NCBI GenBank assembly: GCA_028819215.1
Contig: JAPPMG010000066.1
Location: 21,752-85,751, forward strand
DNA: 64,000 bases
DNA from: Bryobacterales bacterium
GTDB lineage: Bacteria; Acidobacteriota; Terriglobia; Bryobacterales; UBA6623
Reading direction: 5' to 3'
The translations under genes were made by a program, and so were the position numbers. This document shows positions 19,651 through 31,801 of the stretch, one piece after another. Positions within the stretch are counted from its first letter, which is position 1; the number at the start of each line of letters is the position of its first letter. Under the pieces are notes generated by a model. That model worked only from the letters and a program-made list of their open reading frames with translations. It ran no database searches and was not told the origin of the DNA.

Positions 19651-20094
19651 ATGTTGAACATCGAAGAAATCCAGAAGATCCTGCCGCACCGCTACCCGAT
19701 GCTGCTGGTGGACAGGATTGTCGAGATGTCGGACAAGCGGATCATCGGCATCAAGAACGTCACCTTCAACGAGCCCTTCTTCCAAGGCCACTTTCCGGGC
19801 AACCCGATCATGCCCGGCGTGTTGATCGTGGAGGCCATGGCCCAGTGCGGCGGCGTACTGGCCCTAGGAGCGATCGCAGACCGCGAGCGCAAGGTGGTGC
19901 TCTTCACCTCGATCGACGATTGCCGCTTCCGCGTCCAAGTGACGCCAGGCGACCAACTGCGCTTGGAGCTTGACATCTTGCGGCAGCGCGGCAATGTGAT
20001 CAAGATGCAAGGCCAGGCCTATGTGGGCGACCGGCTTGTAGCGCAAGCAGTGCTAATGTGCAGCATCGCCGACAGGCCCGCGGCATACGCGTGA
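19651..20094 (+). CDS. fabZ: 3-hydroxyacyl-ACP dehydratase FabZ
   Basis: LPHRYPMLLVDR, KNVTFNEPFFQGHFP..PIMPGVLIVEAMAQ. TATAAT near 19598. Confidence 0.97.
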   Translation: MLNIEEIQKILPHRYPMLLVDRIVEMSDKRIIGIKNVTFNEPFFQGHFPGNPIMPGVLIVEAMAQCGGVLALGAIADRERKVVLFTSIDDCRFRVQVTPGDQLRLELDILRQRGNVIKMQGQAYVGDRLVAQAVLMCSIADRPAAYA

Positions 20095-20870
20095 TGGCGA
20101 TCCACCGCACGGCAATCGTAGACCCCGCCGCGAGCGTCGACCCGACCGCCGAGATCGGACCGTACTGCATCGTCGGGCCGGGCGTTCGGGTTGGAGCCGG
20201 CACGCGCTTGATGGCCCATGTCTACGTCGACGGCGACACGGAGATCGGGCGTGACAACCGCTTCTATCCGTATTCAACCGTGGGAGTAGCTCCCCAAGAT
20301 CTGAAGTACCGAGGCGAGCCTTCGAAGACGACCATCGGCGACCGCAATCAGATCCGCGAATTCTGCACCGTCCATCGCGGCACGGCGGGCGGCGGGAGCC
20401 TGACCGCAATCGGAGACGACAACCTGCTGCAGGCCTATGCGCACGTCGCGCACGATTGCTTCGTCGGCTCGCACTGCGTCTTGTGCCACTCGGCAACGCT
20501 GGGCGGGCACGTCGCGGTGCAGGACTATGCCTGGGTGGGCGCTCACAGCGGCATCCATCAGTACTGCCGCATTGGTGCCCACAGCTTCGTCGGCGGGTTC
20601 AGCGTCGTCACCCAAGACGTGTTGCCGTTCGCGACGGTCGTGAGCGAGCGGGAGACCAAGACCCACAACGTCAACGGAACCGGGCTGAAGAGACGAGGCT
20701 TCTCTAGCGAGGAGATCCAGTCTCTCAGGCGGGCATTCAAGATCTTGGTCCAATCGGAGCTCAACAACGACCAAGCCTTGGCCAAGATCGCCGCAGAACT
20801 GCCTGCGTCGCCATACCTCGATCAGCTTCGCGACTTCGTCCGCAGTTCCAAGCGGGGATTCGTCCCGTGA
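20094..20870 (+). CDS. lpxA: UDP-N-acetylglucosamine O-acyltransferase LpxA
   Basis: Hexapeptide repeats, PQDLKY, HRGT, AHVAHDC, C-terminal GLKRRGF. Confidence 0.96.
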   Translation: MAIHRTAIVDPAASVDPTAEIGPYCIVGPGVRVGAGTRLMAHVYVDGDTEIGRDNRFYPYSTVGVAPQDLKYRGEPSKTTIGDRNQIREFCTVHRGTAGGGSLTAIGDDNLLQAYAHVAHDCFVGSHCVLCHSATLGGHVAVQDYAWVGAHSGIHQYCRIGAHSFVGGFSVVTQDVLPFATVVSERETKTHNVNGTGLKRRGFSSEEIQSLRRAFKILVQSELNNDQALAKIAAELPASPYLDQLRDFVRSSKRGFVP

Positions 20871-21679
20871 AGTACGGACTCATCGCAGGGGGCGGCAGCT
20901 TTCCCATCCTCACGTTGAAGGCGGCGCGCGCAGCGGGCCACCAAATGGCCGTGGTTGCCGTCAAGGAAGAGGCCGCGCCGGAAGTGGAGGAACTGGCCGA
21001 TTCCTGCCAGTGGGTGTCGCTCGGCCAGCTGTCCAAGCTGATCGAAACGTTCCACGCCGAAGGAATCAGCCAAGCGGTGATGAGCGGGCGCATTCAACAC
21101 AAGCAGATCTTCTCGGCAATCCGCCCGGACTTGCGCCTGCTCAAGTTGCTCAACAGCCTTCGGCGCAAGAACACGAATTCCCTGCTCGGCGCGTTGGCGC
21201 AGGTCTTGGAGGACGAGGGCATCTCGCTGCTCGATTCGACACACTTCCTTTCCTCGAGCCTCGCGCGTCCGGGGCCTAACGGGAGGCGAAAGCCTTCAAA
21301 GGGCGAATCGAGCGATATCGCGTATGGCCGGGAAATTGCGCAGGCGCTGGCGGGATTCGACATCGGCCAGAGCGTGGTCATCTGCGAGCAGGCATGCGTG
21401 GCGGTCGAAGCCATGGAAGGCACGGACTTGTTGCTCGAGCGCGCGAAGGCCCTGTCCAACGGGCGGCGGCTGACGCTCGTGAAAGTGGCCAAGCCCAACC
21501 AAGACATGCGCTTCGACGTGCCGGTGATTGGCACGCGGACGATTCGGAAGATGCGGGCTGCGAACGCCACGGCCGTCGCGGTCGACGCGGCCAAGACACT
21601 GTTGCTCGACAAGGAGCAGTTGGTAGCGGAGGCGGATCAGGCGGGTATCGCGGTGTTCGGGCTTGCCGCACCCGCCTGA
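20867..21679 (+). CDS. lpxI: UDP-2,3-diacylglucosamine diphosphatase LpxI
   Basis: GLIAGGGSFP, DIGQSVV, AVEAMEGTD, KP.QDMRFDVPVIG; follows lpxA. Confidence 0.93.
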   Translation: MKYGLIAGGGSFPILTLKAARAAGHQMAVVAVKEEAAPEVEELADSCQWVSLGQLSKLIETFHAEGISQAVMSGRIQHKQIFSAIRPDLRLLKLLNSLRRKNTNSLLGALAQVLEDEGISLLDSTHFLSSSLARPGPNGRRKPSKGESSDIAYGREIAQALAGFDIGQSVVICEQACVAVEAMEGTDLLLERAKALSNGRRLTLVKVAKPNQDMRFDVPVIGTRTIRKMRAANATAVAVDAAKTLLLDKEQLVAEADQAGIAVFGLAAPA

Positions 21680-21682
21680 CAG

Positions 21683-22213
21683 ATGACTTCGATCGATCCC
21701 TTCGCGACACGGGCGTCCGGGAGGCTGAGGCTTTTCGTGTACGGCACGCTCAAGCGCGGGTTTGCGAATCACGAGCATTTCTGCCAAGGCCTCTTGGATT
21801 TCCACGAGGCAGAGATCCGCGGCCGCCTTTACGATGGCCCTGGATTCCCGCTCCTCCAAGTCCCAGGCGAGGACATCCTCGCAGAAGGGACGGGACGGGC
21901 CATGCACGACCTCGCCGTGCAGTTGCGTGCTGCGGATCAGGTTCGGTCGTCCTCGCGTTCGGCCGACAGATCCGCCGTCACTGGTTCGTGGGACACGGTA
22001 TACGGAGAGTTGTTCTCCTTCTCCGACCCCGAGGCAAGGCTACCCGCTATCGACAGGCTGGAGGGCTTCAACCCAGGCCACGCGAGCCTCTATCGGCGGG
22101 TGTTGGTGCCAGTCGTGACCCGCGATGCCTGCGAGGTGACTTGGGTCTACGTCGTGGAAACGCCTGGCTTGAAGGAGCGTCGGCTCTACAGCGGCCGCTG
22201 GCCTGAGGTTTAA
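21683..22213 (+). CDS. Gamma-glutamylcyclotransferase (AIG2-like) family protein
   Basis: LFVYGTLKRG, GEL, DRLEG, YRRV. Confidence 0.85.
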   Translation: MTSIDPFATRASGRLRLFVYGTLKRGFANHEHFCQGLLDFHEAEIRGRLYDGPGFPLLQVPGEDILAEGTGRAMHDLAVQLRAADQVRSSSRSADRSAVTGSWDTVYGELFSFSDPEARLPAIDRLEGFNPGHASLYRRVLVPVVTRDACEVTWVYVVETPGLKERRLYSGRWPEV

Positions 22214-22235
22214 ATCCTTGATCACCGAGTCCCTC

Positions 22236-22273
22236 TTGACGCAGCGTCGGCATTAGTCATATAGTTAGCTAAC
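22236..22273 (+). promoter_or_regulatory. TA operon promoter with palindromic operator
   Basis: TTGACG-N18-TATAGT overlapping the perfect palindrome GTTAGCTAAC (22264-22273). Confidence 0.6.
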
Positions 22274-22295
22274 ATTGTCAGGCGAGGTATCGCCA

Positions 22296-22526
22296 ATGTC
22301 CATGGTGAACATCCATCAGGCAAAGACCCAGCTGTCACGGCTGTTGGTACAGGTCGAGGCTGGCGAAGAGGTCGTAATTGCCCGCAACGGAAAGCCTGTA
22401 GCGCGACTCGTGCGTTTTCGCGACCGTGGCAAACGGCGATTCGGAGCACTGCGGGGAAAGATCAGCATCGACGAGAGTTTCTTCGATCCGCTCCCAGAAT
22501 CCGAGTTAGCTGCTTGGGAGCGATGA
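22296..22526 (+). CDS. Phd/YefM-family antitoxin
   Basis: VNIHQAKTQLSRLL..VEAGEEVVIARNGKPVARLV...FFDPLPESELAAWE. Confidence 0.93.
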   Translation: MSMVNIHQAKTQLSRLLVQVEAGEEVVIARNGKPVARLVRFRDRGKRRFGALRGKISIDESFFDPLPESELAAWER

Positions 22527-22529
22527 ATC

Positions 22530-22916
22530 GTGCGGACGCTGCTTGACACGCACGCGTTCTTGTGGTGGCTGGACGGAAGCGAGAAACTGTCGCAATCTGC
22601 CAAACGAACGATTTCAGACGAAGCAAACGAGATCCTGATCAGCGCCGCGTCTGCGTGGGAGATCGCCACCAAGTGGCGTCTCGGCAGACTTTCGGCCACG
22701 GAGGCTGTAGCACGAATTATCCCCGAGACGATCGCTGATCAGGGCTTCGACGAGCTGCCGATCACTGTTGAGGACGCCACGCGAGCGGGTTTGCTGCCCG
22801 GCCCGCATCGTGACCCGTTTGACCGGATGTTGATCGCGCAGGCTCTGGCGCACGAGCTTGTGCTCATTTCGATCGAGGACTGCTTCGATGCCTATGGCGT
22901 AGCCCGTCTCTGGTAG
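22530..22916 (+). CDS. vapC: VapC-family PIN-domain toxin
   Basis: LLDTHAFLWW, SAASAWEIATK, HRDPFDRMLIAQA. Confidence 0.93.
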   Translation: MRTLLDTHAFLWWLDGSEKLSQSAKRTISDEANEILISAASAWEIATKWRLGRLSATEAVARIIPETIADQGFDELPITVEDATRAGLLPGPHRDPFDRMLIAQALAHELVLISIEDCFDAYGVARLW

Positions 22917-23040
22917 TTCCACCTCATTCTCAATGCGGACCCACCCAAGCGCCGGGACAGCGTGGGTGCGGCAGTTTCCCTGACGAGGGTCAGCAACTGT
23001 CTCAAGTGTGTCCGATCGCTGGATGAACTGAGCGCCTGAG

Positions 23041-25696
<2,656 letters not shown>

Positions 25697-25699
25697 CGT

Positions 25700-27454
25700 C
25701 TATTCGGGCACGGCCCGCCGCGCTGTCGAGTACACTTCGCGACCGCCCAACATCGTCGCCAGGACTCGCGTGTCGCGCAGCTCCTGCTCGGCGCAGGTCA
25801 ATATGTCGCGGTCGACGACCACGAAGTCGGCATACTTGCCGGGCTCCAGCGATCCCTTGACATCTTCCTCGAACGTCAGATAGGCCGCATTGAGCGTCCA
25901 CATCCGCAACGCCTCCTCGCGGGTGATTCGTTGCTCGGGATTATGCACTGACCCGTCTGCTGTCGTTCGGGTCACGGCGATCCACATGCCGAGGAATGGA
26001 TCGAACGGATTGACGGATTCCCGGGCGTCGAACTTGATCATGTGATCCGAACCGCCGGCAACGACGACACCCGCGTCGATGATCGAGCGATAGGGCTGCA
26101 AGGTGCCCATGCGATCCGGCCCGAGCACGCGGGCTAGGGCCGGCCCGTCGAAGTGGTACCAAGCGGGCTGCATGTCCGCCACGACCCCCAGCGCTGCTGC
26201 TCTGCGAATCGCGTCCCCGCTGAGGAAGTTGGCGTGAGTGAGGGTGAATCGACGATCCGTGATCGGCACCTTGCGATTGACCGCTTCGTAGGCGGCGAGC
26301 AGCACGTCAGTGGATCCGCCGCCGGTCGTATGGGCGGTCATCTGCCAGCCGAGGTCAGCGGCCAACGTCACGATTTGCTCGAGATCGCCTGGACGGATGC
26401 GCAATTCGCCGCGGTAGTCGGCGTCCTCAAACCCATAGACCTGGGTGTTCTGGCCGTAGGGCGCCCTCATATAGGCTGTGCCGAGCAAGATGCCGCCATC
26501 CAGAACGACCTTCAGCGCGCCCACGCGGAACATTTCGTCGCCGTGGCCGGTGACGGCTCCGATCCCCTCGATTTCCCGCAGGACCTGCTCGACCGGCCGC
26601 TCTGCGTTGACCACGCGAGTGACCGATGTGCGCACTTGCAACTTGCCCTGCTGCCACAGTTCCTGATAGGCGCGAAACCCAGCAGCAGTCTGACTGCGAT
26701 CAATGACGCTGGTCAGTCCGGCCATGCTGTACGCGCTCTGCATCGCAGCCAAGGCAGAGACCATCTGGCCGTGGCTGTAGGTGCGCGCCTCCAGCAGAGG
26801 CGCCACGAGTTGGCGCGCGCCGATGATCAGACCGGTGGGCTCGCGCGCGCTGTTCCGCAGCAGCTTTCCGTTGGTCGGATCCGGGGTGCCGGCCGAAATG
26901 CCTGCCAGTGCCAGGGCCGCCGAGTTCAGCACCGCGGCATAGCCGTTGTCGAGCATGACGGGTCGCTCGCCGGCATATTCGTCGATCTCCCAGCGATCCG
27001 GATAGCGGCGCTCCCGAAGGCGGGTGGAATACACCTTCGGGACGAAGATCAAACCCTCGCCGGCAGGCTGCGCTTGAATGTGTCGGCGCACGGCCTCGAA
27101 ACTCCGCAAGACGGGAATCTCGCCGTCCGCTTCAGCCAGGGCTGCCTTGATGGGGTGGACATGGCTATCGATCAATCCCGGGAGCACCGTCTTGCCCTGC
27201 AGGTTCACCTGGCGGGTCCGCGGACCGGTCTTGCGGCCCACTATCTGCGTCGTGCCGACATCCAAGACGCGCCCGGAGGAGACCGTCATGGATTCGACCA
27301 CGGGGCGCTCGTCCCACATGGTGATGATCTTGCCGTTGTAGTAGAGGGTGTCGGCCGGCCCGGCCGGAACGTCACGCTTGGGCGGCCACTGCTGCGGCGA
27401 CGCCTCCGCGCCGAGAAGAAGCAGCAGCGTGACGAGGCGCAGCGCCACAATCAT
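25700..27454 (-). CDS. Secreted amidohydrolase (YtcJ-like, amidohydro_3)
   Basis: Signal peptide, PGLIDSHVH, K..LDG, GSD, GSLEPGKYADFVV. Confidence 0.9.
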   Translation of the reverse strand: MIVALRLVTLLLLLGAEASPQQWPPKRDVPAGPADTLYYNGKIITMWDERPVVESMTVSSGRVLDVGTTQIVGRKTGPRTRQVNLQGKTVLPGLIDSHVHPIKAALAEADGEIPVLRSFEAVRRHIQAQPAGEGLIFVPKVYSTRLRERRYPDRWEIDEYAGERPVMLDNGYAAVLNSAALALAGISAGTPDPTNGKLLRNSAREPTGLIIGARQLVAPLLEARTYSHGQMVSALAAMQSAYSMAGLTSVIDRSQTAAGFRAYQELWQQGKLQVRTSVTRVVNAERPVEQVLREIEGIGAVTGHGDEMFRVGALKVVLDGGILLGTAYMRAPYGQNTQVYGFEDADYRGELRIRPGDLEQIVTLAADLGWQMTAHTTGGGSTDVLLAAYEAVNRKVPITDRRFTLTHANFLSGDAIRRAAALGVVADMQPAWYHFDGPALARVLGPDRMGTLQPYRSIIDAGVVVAGGSDHMIKFDARESVNPFDPFLGMWIAVTRTTADGSVHNPEQRITREEALRMWTLNAAYLTFEEDVKGSLEPGKYADFVVVDRDILTCAEQELRDTRVLATMLGGREVYSTARRAVPE

Positions 27455-27531
27455 TGGCCGCCTCCGCGAGATGCGAACTCCGAGGAACCGAGCCGGCGCC
27501 AACCGGCACTCCGCGAATTCGTAAGCCGGCG

Positions 27532-28398
27532 CTACCAAGTCGGATCGCCCGGTCGGCCAACCACCGGCTGGCCTTCGACGTATCCGAGAGAGGCCAAGAA
27601 ACGGTCCATGTGCCAGACCGTGCTGGTGTACGCGGCACGGCTGCGGCCGTAGTTGAAGAATCCATGCGGCCGGCCTTCGTAGCCGACCAGCTCGCAGCGG
27701 TTGCCTGAATTCTTCATCGCATCGCAAAACGTCTCAGCGGTCTCGAACGCAACCGTGGTGTCCGCCTTGCCGTGGAAGACAATCGTCGGCGGATCACCGG
27801 CGTCGACGTGGTGTAGCGGCGAGCCCGCTTCCGGATCATCGCCCCAGCGCCGGGACATGGCGACGAGGTCCGTGACTGGATTGAACAGCAGAAGCGCGTT
27901 GGGCTTGGAGCTGACAGAGGAGTCCTCGCCCTTCTCTTCGAGCCCGTCAATCACCCCGGTAGTGGCCGCCACGTGGCCGCCGGCGGATCCGCCGCCCGCC
28001 GCGATCCGGTTGGGATCGACACCCAGTTCCGCGGCATGCTCTCGAACCCAGCGCACCGCGGACTTGCCATCTGCGACACACTGCCTGGGCGTCGTGCCGT
28101 GGCTGCCACGCGTGCGGTACTGGGCGCTGATGGCAACCATGCCGCGCGAGGCCAGATAGCGGCTGTGCGGGAAGAACTGCGTAGGGGTGCCGCCAACCCA
28201 GCCCCCGCCAAAAAAGAAGACGGCGGCGGAGCGCCTGTCGCTAGACTTCCAGCCTTCGGGCAGGAAGACATGCAGTTCCAGCGGGTCCTTTTCGAACTGC
28301 TTGAACACGATCTCCTTGTCAGGCTTGAATTCTCGCTGCTGTGCGAAAGCAGCGACACTGGCCAAGGCGAGCAGGCAGGCGAGGGAACGCAGTTTCAT
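27532..28398 (-). CDS. Secreted alpha/beta hydrolase (esterase/lipase)
   Basis: FGGGW oxyanion motif, GGSAGG nucleophile elbow, D and H of the triad (HGKADT, HGFFN). Confidence 0.9.
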   Translation of the reverse strand: MKLRSLACLLALASVAAFAQQREFKPDKEIVFKQFEKDPLELHVFLPEGWKSSDRRSAAVFFFGGGWVGGTPTQFFPHSRYLASRGMVAISAQYRTRGSHGTTPRQCVADGKSAVRWVREHAAELGVDPNRIAAGGGSAGGHVAATTGVIDGLEEKGEDSSVSSKPNALLLFNPVTDLVAMSRRWGDDPEAGSPLHHVDAGDPPTIVFHGKADTTVAFETAETFCDAMKNSGNRCELVGYEGRPHGFFNYGRSRAAYTSTVWHMDRFLASLGYVEGQPVVGRPGDPTW

Positions 28399-28580
28399 CG
28401 CATCAAGTCTAGCACCGGGATCATTCCGCATCGGGACCATCAGCCCCGACGAAACGAGGCGCCGGGAGACTGCCCGACATGTCCCTTTCAGGGTCTCAGG
28501 CGTGGCATGCGACCTCGCGGCCGGGCGGGCCGCCATATCCCTCCCATCGAGCGTGTTCAGACAACGCGCGGCGTAGCGCG

Positions 28581-31274
28581 CTAGTCATACTTCGCCACGA
28601 ACGGCGTGCCGGGCTCGTCGACGAGAGCATGAATCGAGTGACTGATCTCGGTGTCGATGCGATCGCCGGCAGCCGTTCGGATACTGATGTAGGTCATCAT
28701 CTGCATGACCGGCCTGAGATCGTCCACAACAATCCGGACCGTCTTGCGATCGGGCAGCAGCGTGGCGGACCGCACCGTCATCTCCTCGACTCCCTGGTCG
28801 CCATTCAGCTTCCAGCGATCAGAGCCGTAGCGGCTGAGCCACTTGTAGTTCCAGCGCTTTGCGCTGTAGTTGGCGGGATCTTCTGCGCTTGCCGGGTCCA
28901 GCTCGTGCAGGAAGGATACATCGATGCCTTTCTTGCTCACATGCAGCTCGCTCGGGACCAGCACCTTGCCGCCTGTGAATCGCGCGCGATAAAAGCCGCC
29001 CACCGCCTTGCGCTTGGTGCCCCAGCCATACAGGCCCGCTAGGTAGAGGTTGCCGTCTGCCTCGCGGAAGTCCGGCCGCATGATGCCGGAATCAAAATCA
29101 ACAGGCAGCTCTACTGCGCCTCCCTGCACTCCATCGCCGGTGTTCTCCATCAGCACCAGGAAGATCTTGCCCCGCCCGAACGACGAATGCACCAAGTGCC
29201 CCTTGAACGGCCCCCATTTGTCGGTCCCGACCCACGCCTGGCCAGCGCCGGAGTTGTCCACGGAGATCGGAAGCCAAGTGATCGGATTGTCATACGTGGT
29301 CCGGTCACCGATGCTGCCGCCCCACATGTAGCCATGAAAGCTGCCCGGCGAGCACAGGTTCACGCGAGTGGAAGGAATCCAGTGGCCTTCTTGGTCGGAG
29401 GTGGTGATTTCTCCGTTGGGTCCGACGGCGACTCCGTTGGGCACGCGGAAGCCCGTGCAGACAATCTCCAGGTTCTTTCCGTCAGGGTCCATCTTGAAGA
29501 TGACCCCGTGGTGCTTCACCTTGGCGGGCAAGGCGTGACGGGCAGCTTTCGCAAAGTAGAAATTGCCGGCGCGGTCCCGGTCGAGATCGAAGGTGAACTC
29601 GTGAAAATGGTGCGTGACGTGAAATTCGTTGTTGAAGTTCTCGTAGTAGTCAGCTTGGCCGTCTCGGTTCAAATCGTGTAGAACCGTGATCTGGTCGCGA
29701 TCCAAGACATACACCTTGCCGTCCACAACTTCCAGGCCTTGGGGCATGTGGAAGCCGACGGCGTAGCGACTCCACGTGAGCTTGTCCAAGTCCTCGTCCA
29801 CTCCATCGACGATCCAGATGTCGCCCGACCACGTCGCGACGGCCGCTCGATCATCGTCGAAGAAGGCGAAGTCAGTGGGCCGGAACCACGATTTCCAGGG
29901 GTTGTCGAAGGGCAGCGTGATCTCGTCCACGGTCCACGCGGCGCCACCACCTCCAAGGCGTCCCTGTGTTTCCACGGTCTTGCGGTAGGTTCGCGGCCCG
30001 CCCCGGGTGTAGGGCTCAAGGCGCTCGGGCCGAGGGGCTTGCCGCAACGCACCAGCGAACGCCCCTAGACGCTGGGAGCGCACATCAGCGTAGTAGAGGG
30101 TGAAGCGCTGCTCCTCGCCAGACCGAGGAATGCTCAAGCGCACCTCGCCCGCCGCCGACAGGTCCCATCTGGCCTTCTTGCTCAGCCCGGCGACACCGAC
30201 AGCCGTGCCTTCGTCTCCTCCGAGATACACAAGGTGTTCAATCGCCGGCCCGTTGCCTTGGTTGAGGTTCTTGAGCGAGAGCTGACGGACCTGCCCGCCC
30301 TGCACGGCGGCCACTTCGAGCAAGAGCGATTCGCGCGAGGGGCCGACTTCGATGGTCCGAGTCAGTGCCTCAACGCCCCAATCGGTCTCGAGGCCCGGCA
30401 TTTCGAGCACGTTGGCGTCGCCCACGCTGTACTCAAGCACCACCCTGTCGCCGAACATGTAGCGCCCCTTGTACCGCGCCCACTCCGCGGGCAGCGGACC
30501 GAATCCTTCAGTGCGGGGATCGGCGAAGCTGCCATCACGAGCCCAGCCCGGGGCAACCGGGGTCTCGAACACGGGCTTGCCGTCCAAGTGCGGGTGCGGC
30601 CCGTGCCTCCAGTCATAGACCGTGCCGGTCAATACGTATTGCGGGCCGTTCCATCCAGCCGACATGCGCAGCAGCTCGGTGTCAAAAATGACCCCGGCGC
30701 GGCGCTCAGCCTCCAGCATGATGGCGTGGGATTTGTAGCTGATGTTGTCGCCCGGCTGCTTGTCCGCCCGGGGATCTTCCGGCTCCTTGACCGTTACGCT
30801 GGCGGAGATTACAGGACCGTAGTCCATGTGAACCCAAGGCTGCTCCTCGCGCCTAGTGCTGTCGTCGAACCGGGTGCTGGCGAACGGCGCGCCTTGGTCG
30901 ATCCAAGCGCGCAGGATGCCGATCTGTTCGTCCGTCAGGGGGCCGCCGGCCGGCGGCATGATCAGATTCTCTTCCAAGCCCGCAACCAAGTGGATCAGGC
31001 GGCTGTTCGCGCTATCGCCTGCGATGAAGCCGGGCTGGCCCGAGTATCCTCCGCGTGCGGCGGACTTCTTCCGCCACAGACTGTAGCCGTTCATCGCGGC
31101 ATCGTCGCCATGGCAGGCATAGCAGTGCTGGACGAAGATCGGATCGACGTCGCGCATGAAGTCGATCTTGCGATCGACGGGAGTCGGCAACTCGGCGGCG
31201 CACAAGAACTGGCATGTGCCGGCCAGAGCAAACAGCATGCCGGCGGTCATGGGCAAGCGGGGTCGTAGGGGCAT
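28581..31274 (-). CDS. Planctomycete-type cytochrome c domain plus DUF6797-like/beta-propeller protein
   Basis: Signal peptide; DF.RDV.PIF..HCYACHG...MPP...LRAWIDQGA (PSCyt1-like); GFRVPNG and DQEGHW propeller motifs. Confidence 0.75.
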   Translation of the reverse strand: MPLRPRLPMTAGMLFALAGTCQFLCAAELPTPVDRKIDFMRDVDPIFVQHCYACHGDDAAMNGYSLWRKKSAARGGYSGQPGFIAGDSANSRLIHLVAGLEENLIMPPAGGPLTDEQIGILRAWIDQGAPFASTRFDDSTRREEQPWVHMDYGPVISASVTVKEPEDPRADKQPGDNISYKSHAIMLEAERRAGVIFDTELLRMSAGWNGPQYVLTGTVYDWRHGPHPHLDGKPVFETPVAPGWARDGSFADPRTEGFGPLPAEWARYKGRYMFGDRVVLEYSVGDANVLEMPGLETDWGVEALTRTIEVGPSRESLLLEVAAVQGGQVRQLSLKNLNQGNGPAIEHLVYLGGDEGTAVGVAGLSKKARWDLSAAGEVRLSIPRSGEEQRFTLYYADVRSQRLGAFAGALRQAPRPERLEPYTRGGPRTYRKTVETQGRLGGGGAAWTVDEITLPFDNPWKSWFRPTDFAFFDDDRAAVATWSGDIWIVDGVDEDLDKLTWSRYAVGFHMPQGLEVVDGKVYVLDRDQITVLHDLNRDGQADYYENFNNEFHVTHHFHEFTFDLDRDRAGNFYFAKAARHALPAKVKHHGVIFKMDPDGKNLEIVCTGFRVPNGVAVGPNGEITTSDQEGHWIPSTRVNLCSPGSFHGYMWGGSIGDRTTYDNPITWLPISVDNSGAGQAWVGTDKWGPFKGHLVHSSFGRGKIFLVLMENTGDGVQGGAVELPVDFDSGIMRPDFREADGNLYLAGLYGWGTKRKAVGGFYRARFTGGKVLVPSELHVSKKGIDVSFLHELDPASAEDPANYSAKRWNYKWLSRYGSDRWKLNGDQGVEEMTVRSATLLPDRKTVRIVVDDLRPVMQMMTYISIRTAAGDRIDTEISHSIHALVDEPGTPFVAKYD

Positions 31275-31412
31275 GTTGAATCGCCACTATTGTAGGTGGG
31301 CGGTGGGGCGTACTGCCGACGCGGGACCGTGGCCGCCCACATGACTTAGCCGCGGACCCGATGCAGCGCCGAGACCCAGTCCCGGAAGCTCAAGGCCGCT
31401 GGACCCACAGGA

Positions 31413-31492
31413 TTGACAACACCACTAGATTTTCCCGTACGATCAATTTCTTCCGAAGATTCACTCCAATCGCATGAATTTTCCCGTACGAT
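31413..31492 (+). promoter_or_regulatory. hipBA promoter with two operator repeats
   Basis: TTGACA at 31413. ATTTTCCCGTACGAT repeated exactly at 31429-31443 and 31478-31492, each centred on the palindrome CGTACG. Confidence 0.7.
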
Positions 31493-31498
31493 AAAAAA

Positions 31499-31801
31499 GT
31501 GGTCAGTGCAAACAAGACTTGGGAGCCTGCATACGGAACCGTTCGGTCGGCCCGCGACCTCGGCCGGCTAATGCGCTCGCATCGGAAAAGCAGGGGCTGG
31601 ACTTTGCAGCAGCTTGCTGGATTTGCCAACGTGAGCATGCGCTTCCTGTCCGAGCTCGAGAGGGGCAAGGAGACCGCAGAGATCGGAAAGGCCTTGCATG
31701 CACTGCGACTGCTTGGCCTCGAAGTGGTGCTCTCCCCTAGGGCTGAGGTTCCGGTTTCGGCACGCGCCGAAATCAAGGGGGTGTCGGAAGTAAGGAGATG
31801 A
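31499..31801 (+). CDS. HipB-like XRE-family HTH antitoxin
   Basis: LGRLMRSHRKSRGWTLQQLA..ANVSMRFLSELERGKETAEIGK. ATGA overlap with hipA. Confidence 0.88.
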   Translation: MVSANKTWEPAYGTVRSARDLGRLMRSHRKSRGWTLQQLAGFANVSMRFLSELERGKETAEIGKALHALRLLGLEVVLSPRAEVPVSARAEIKGVSEVRR

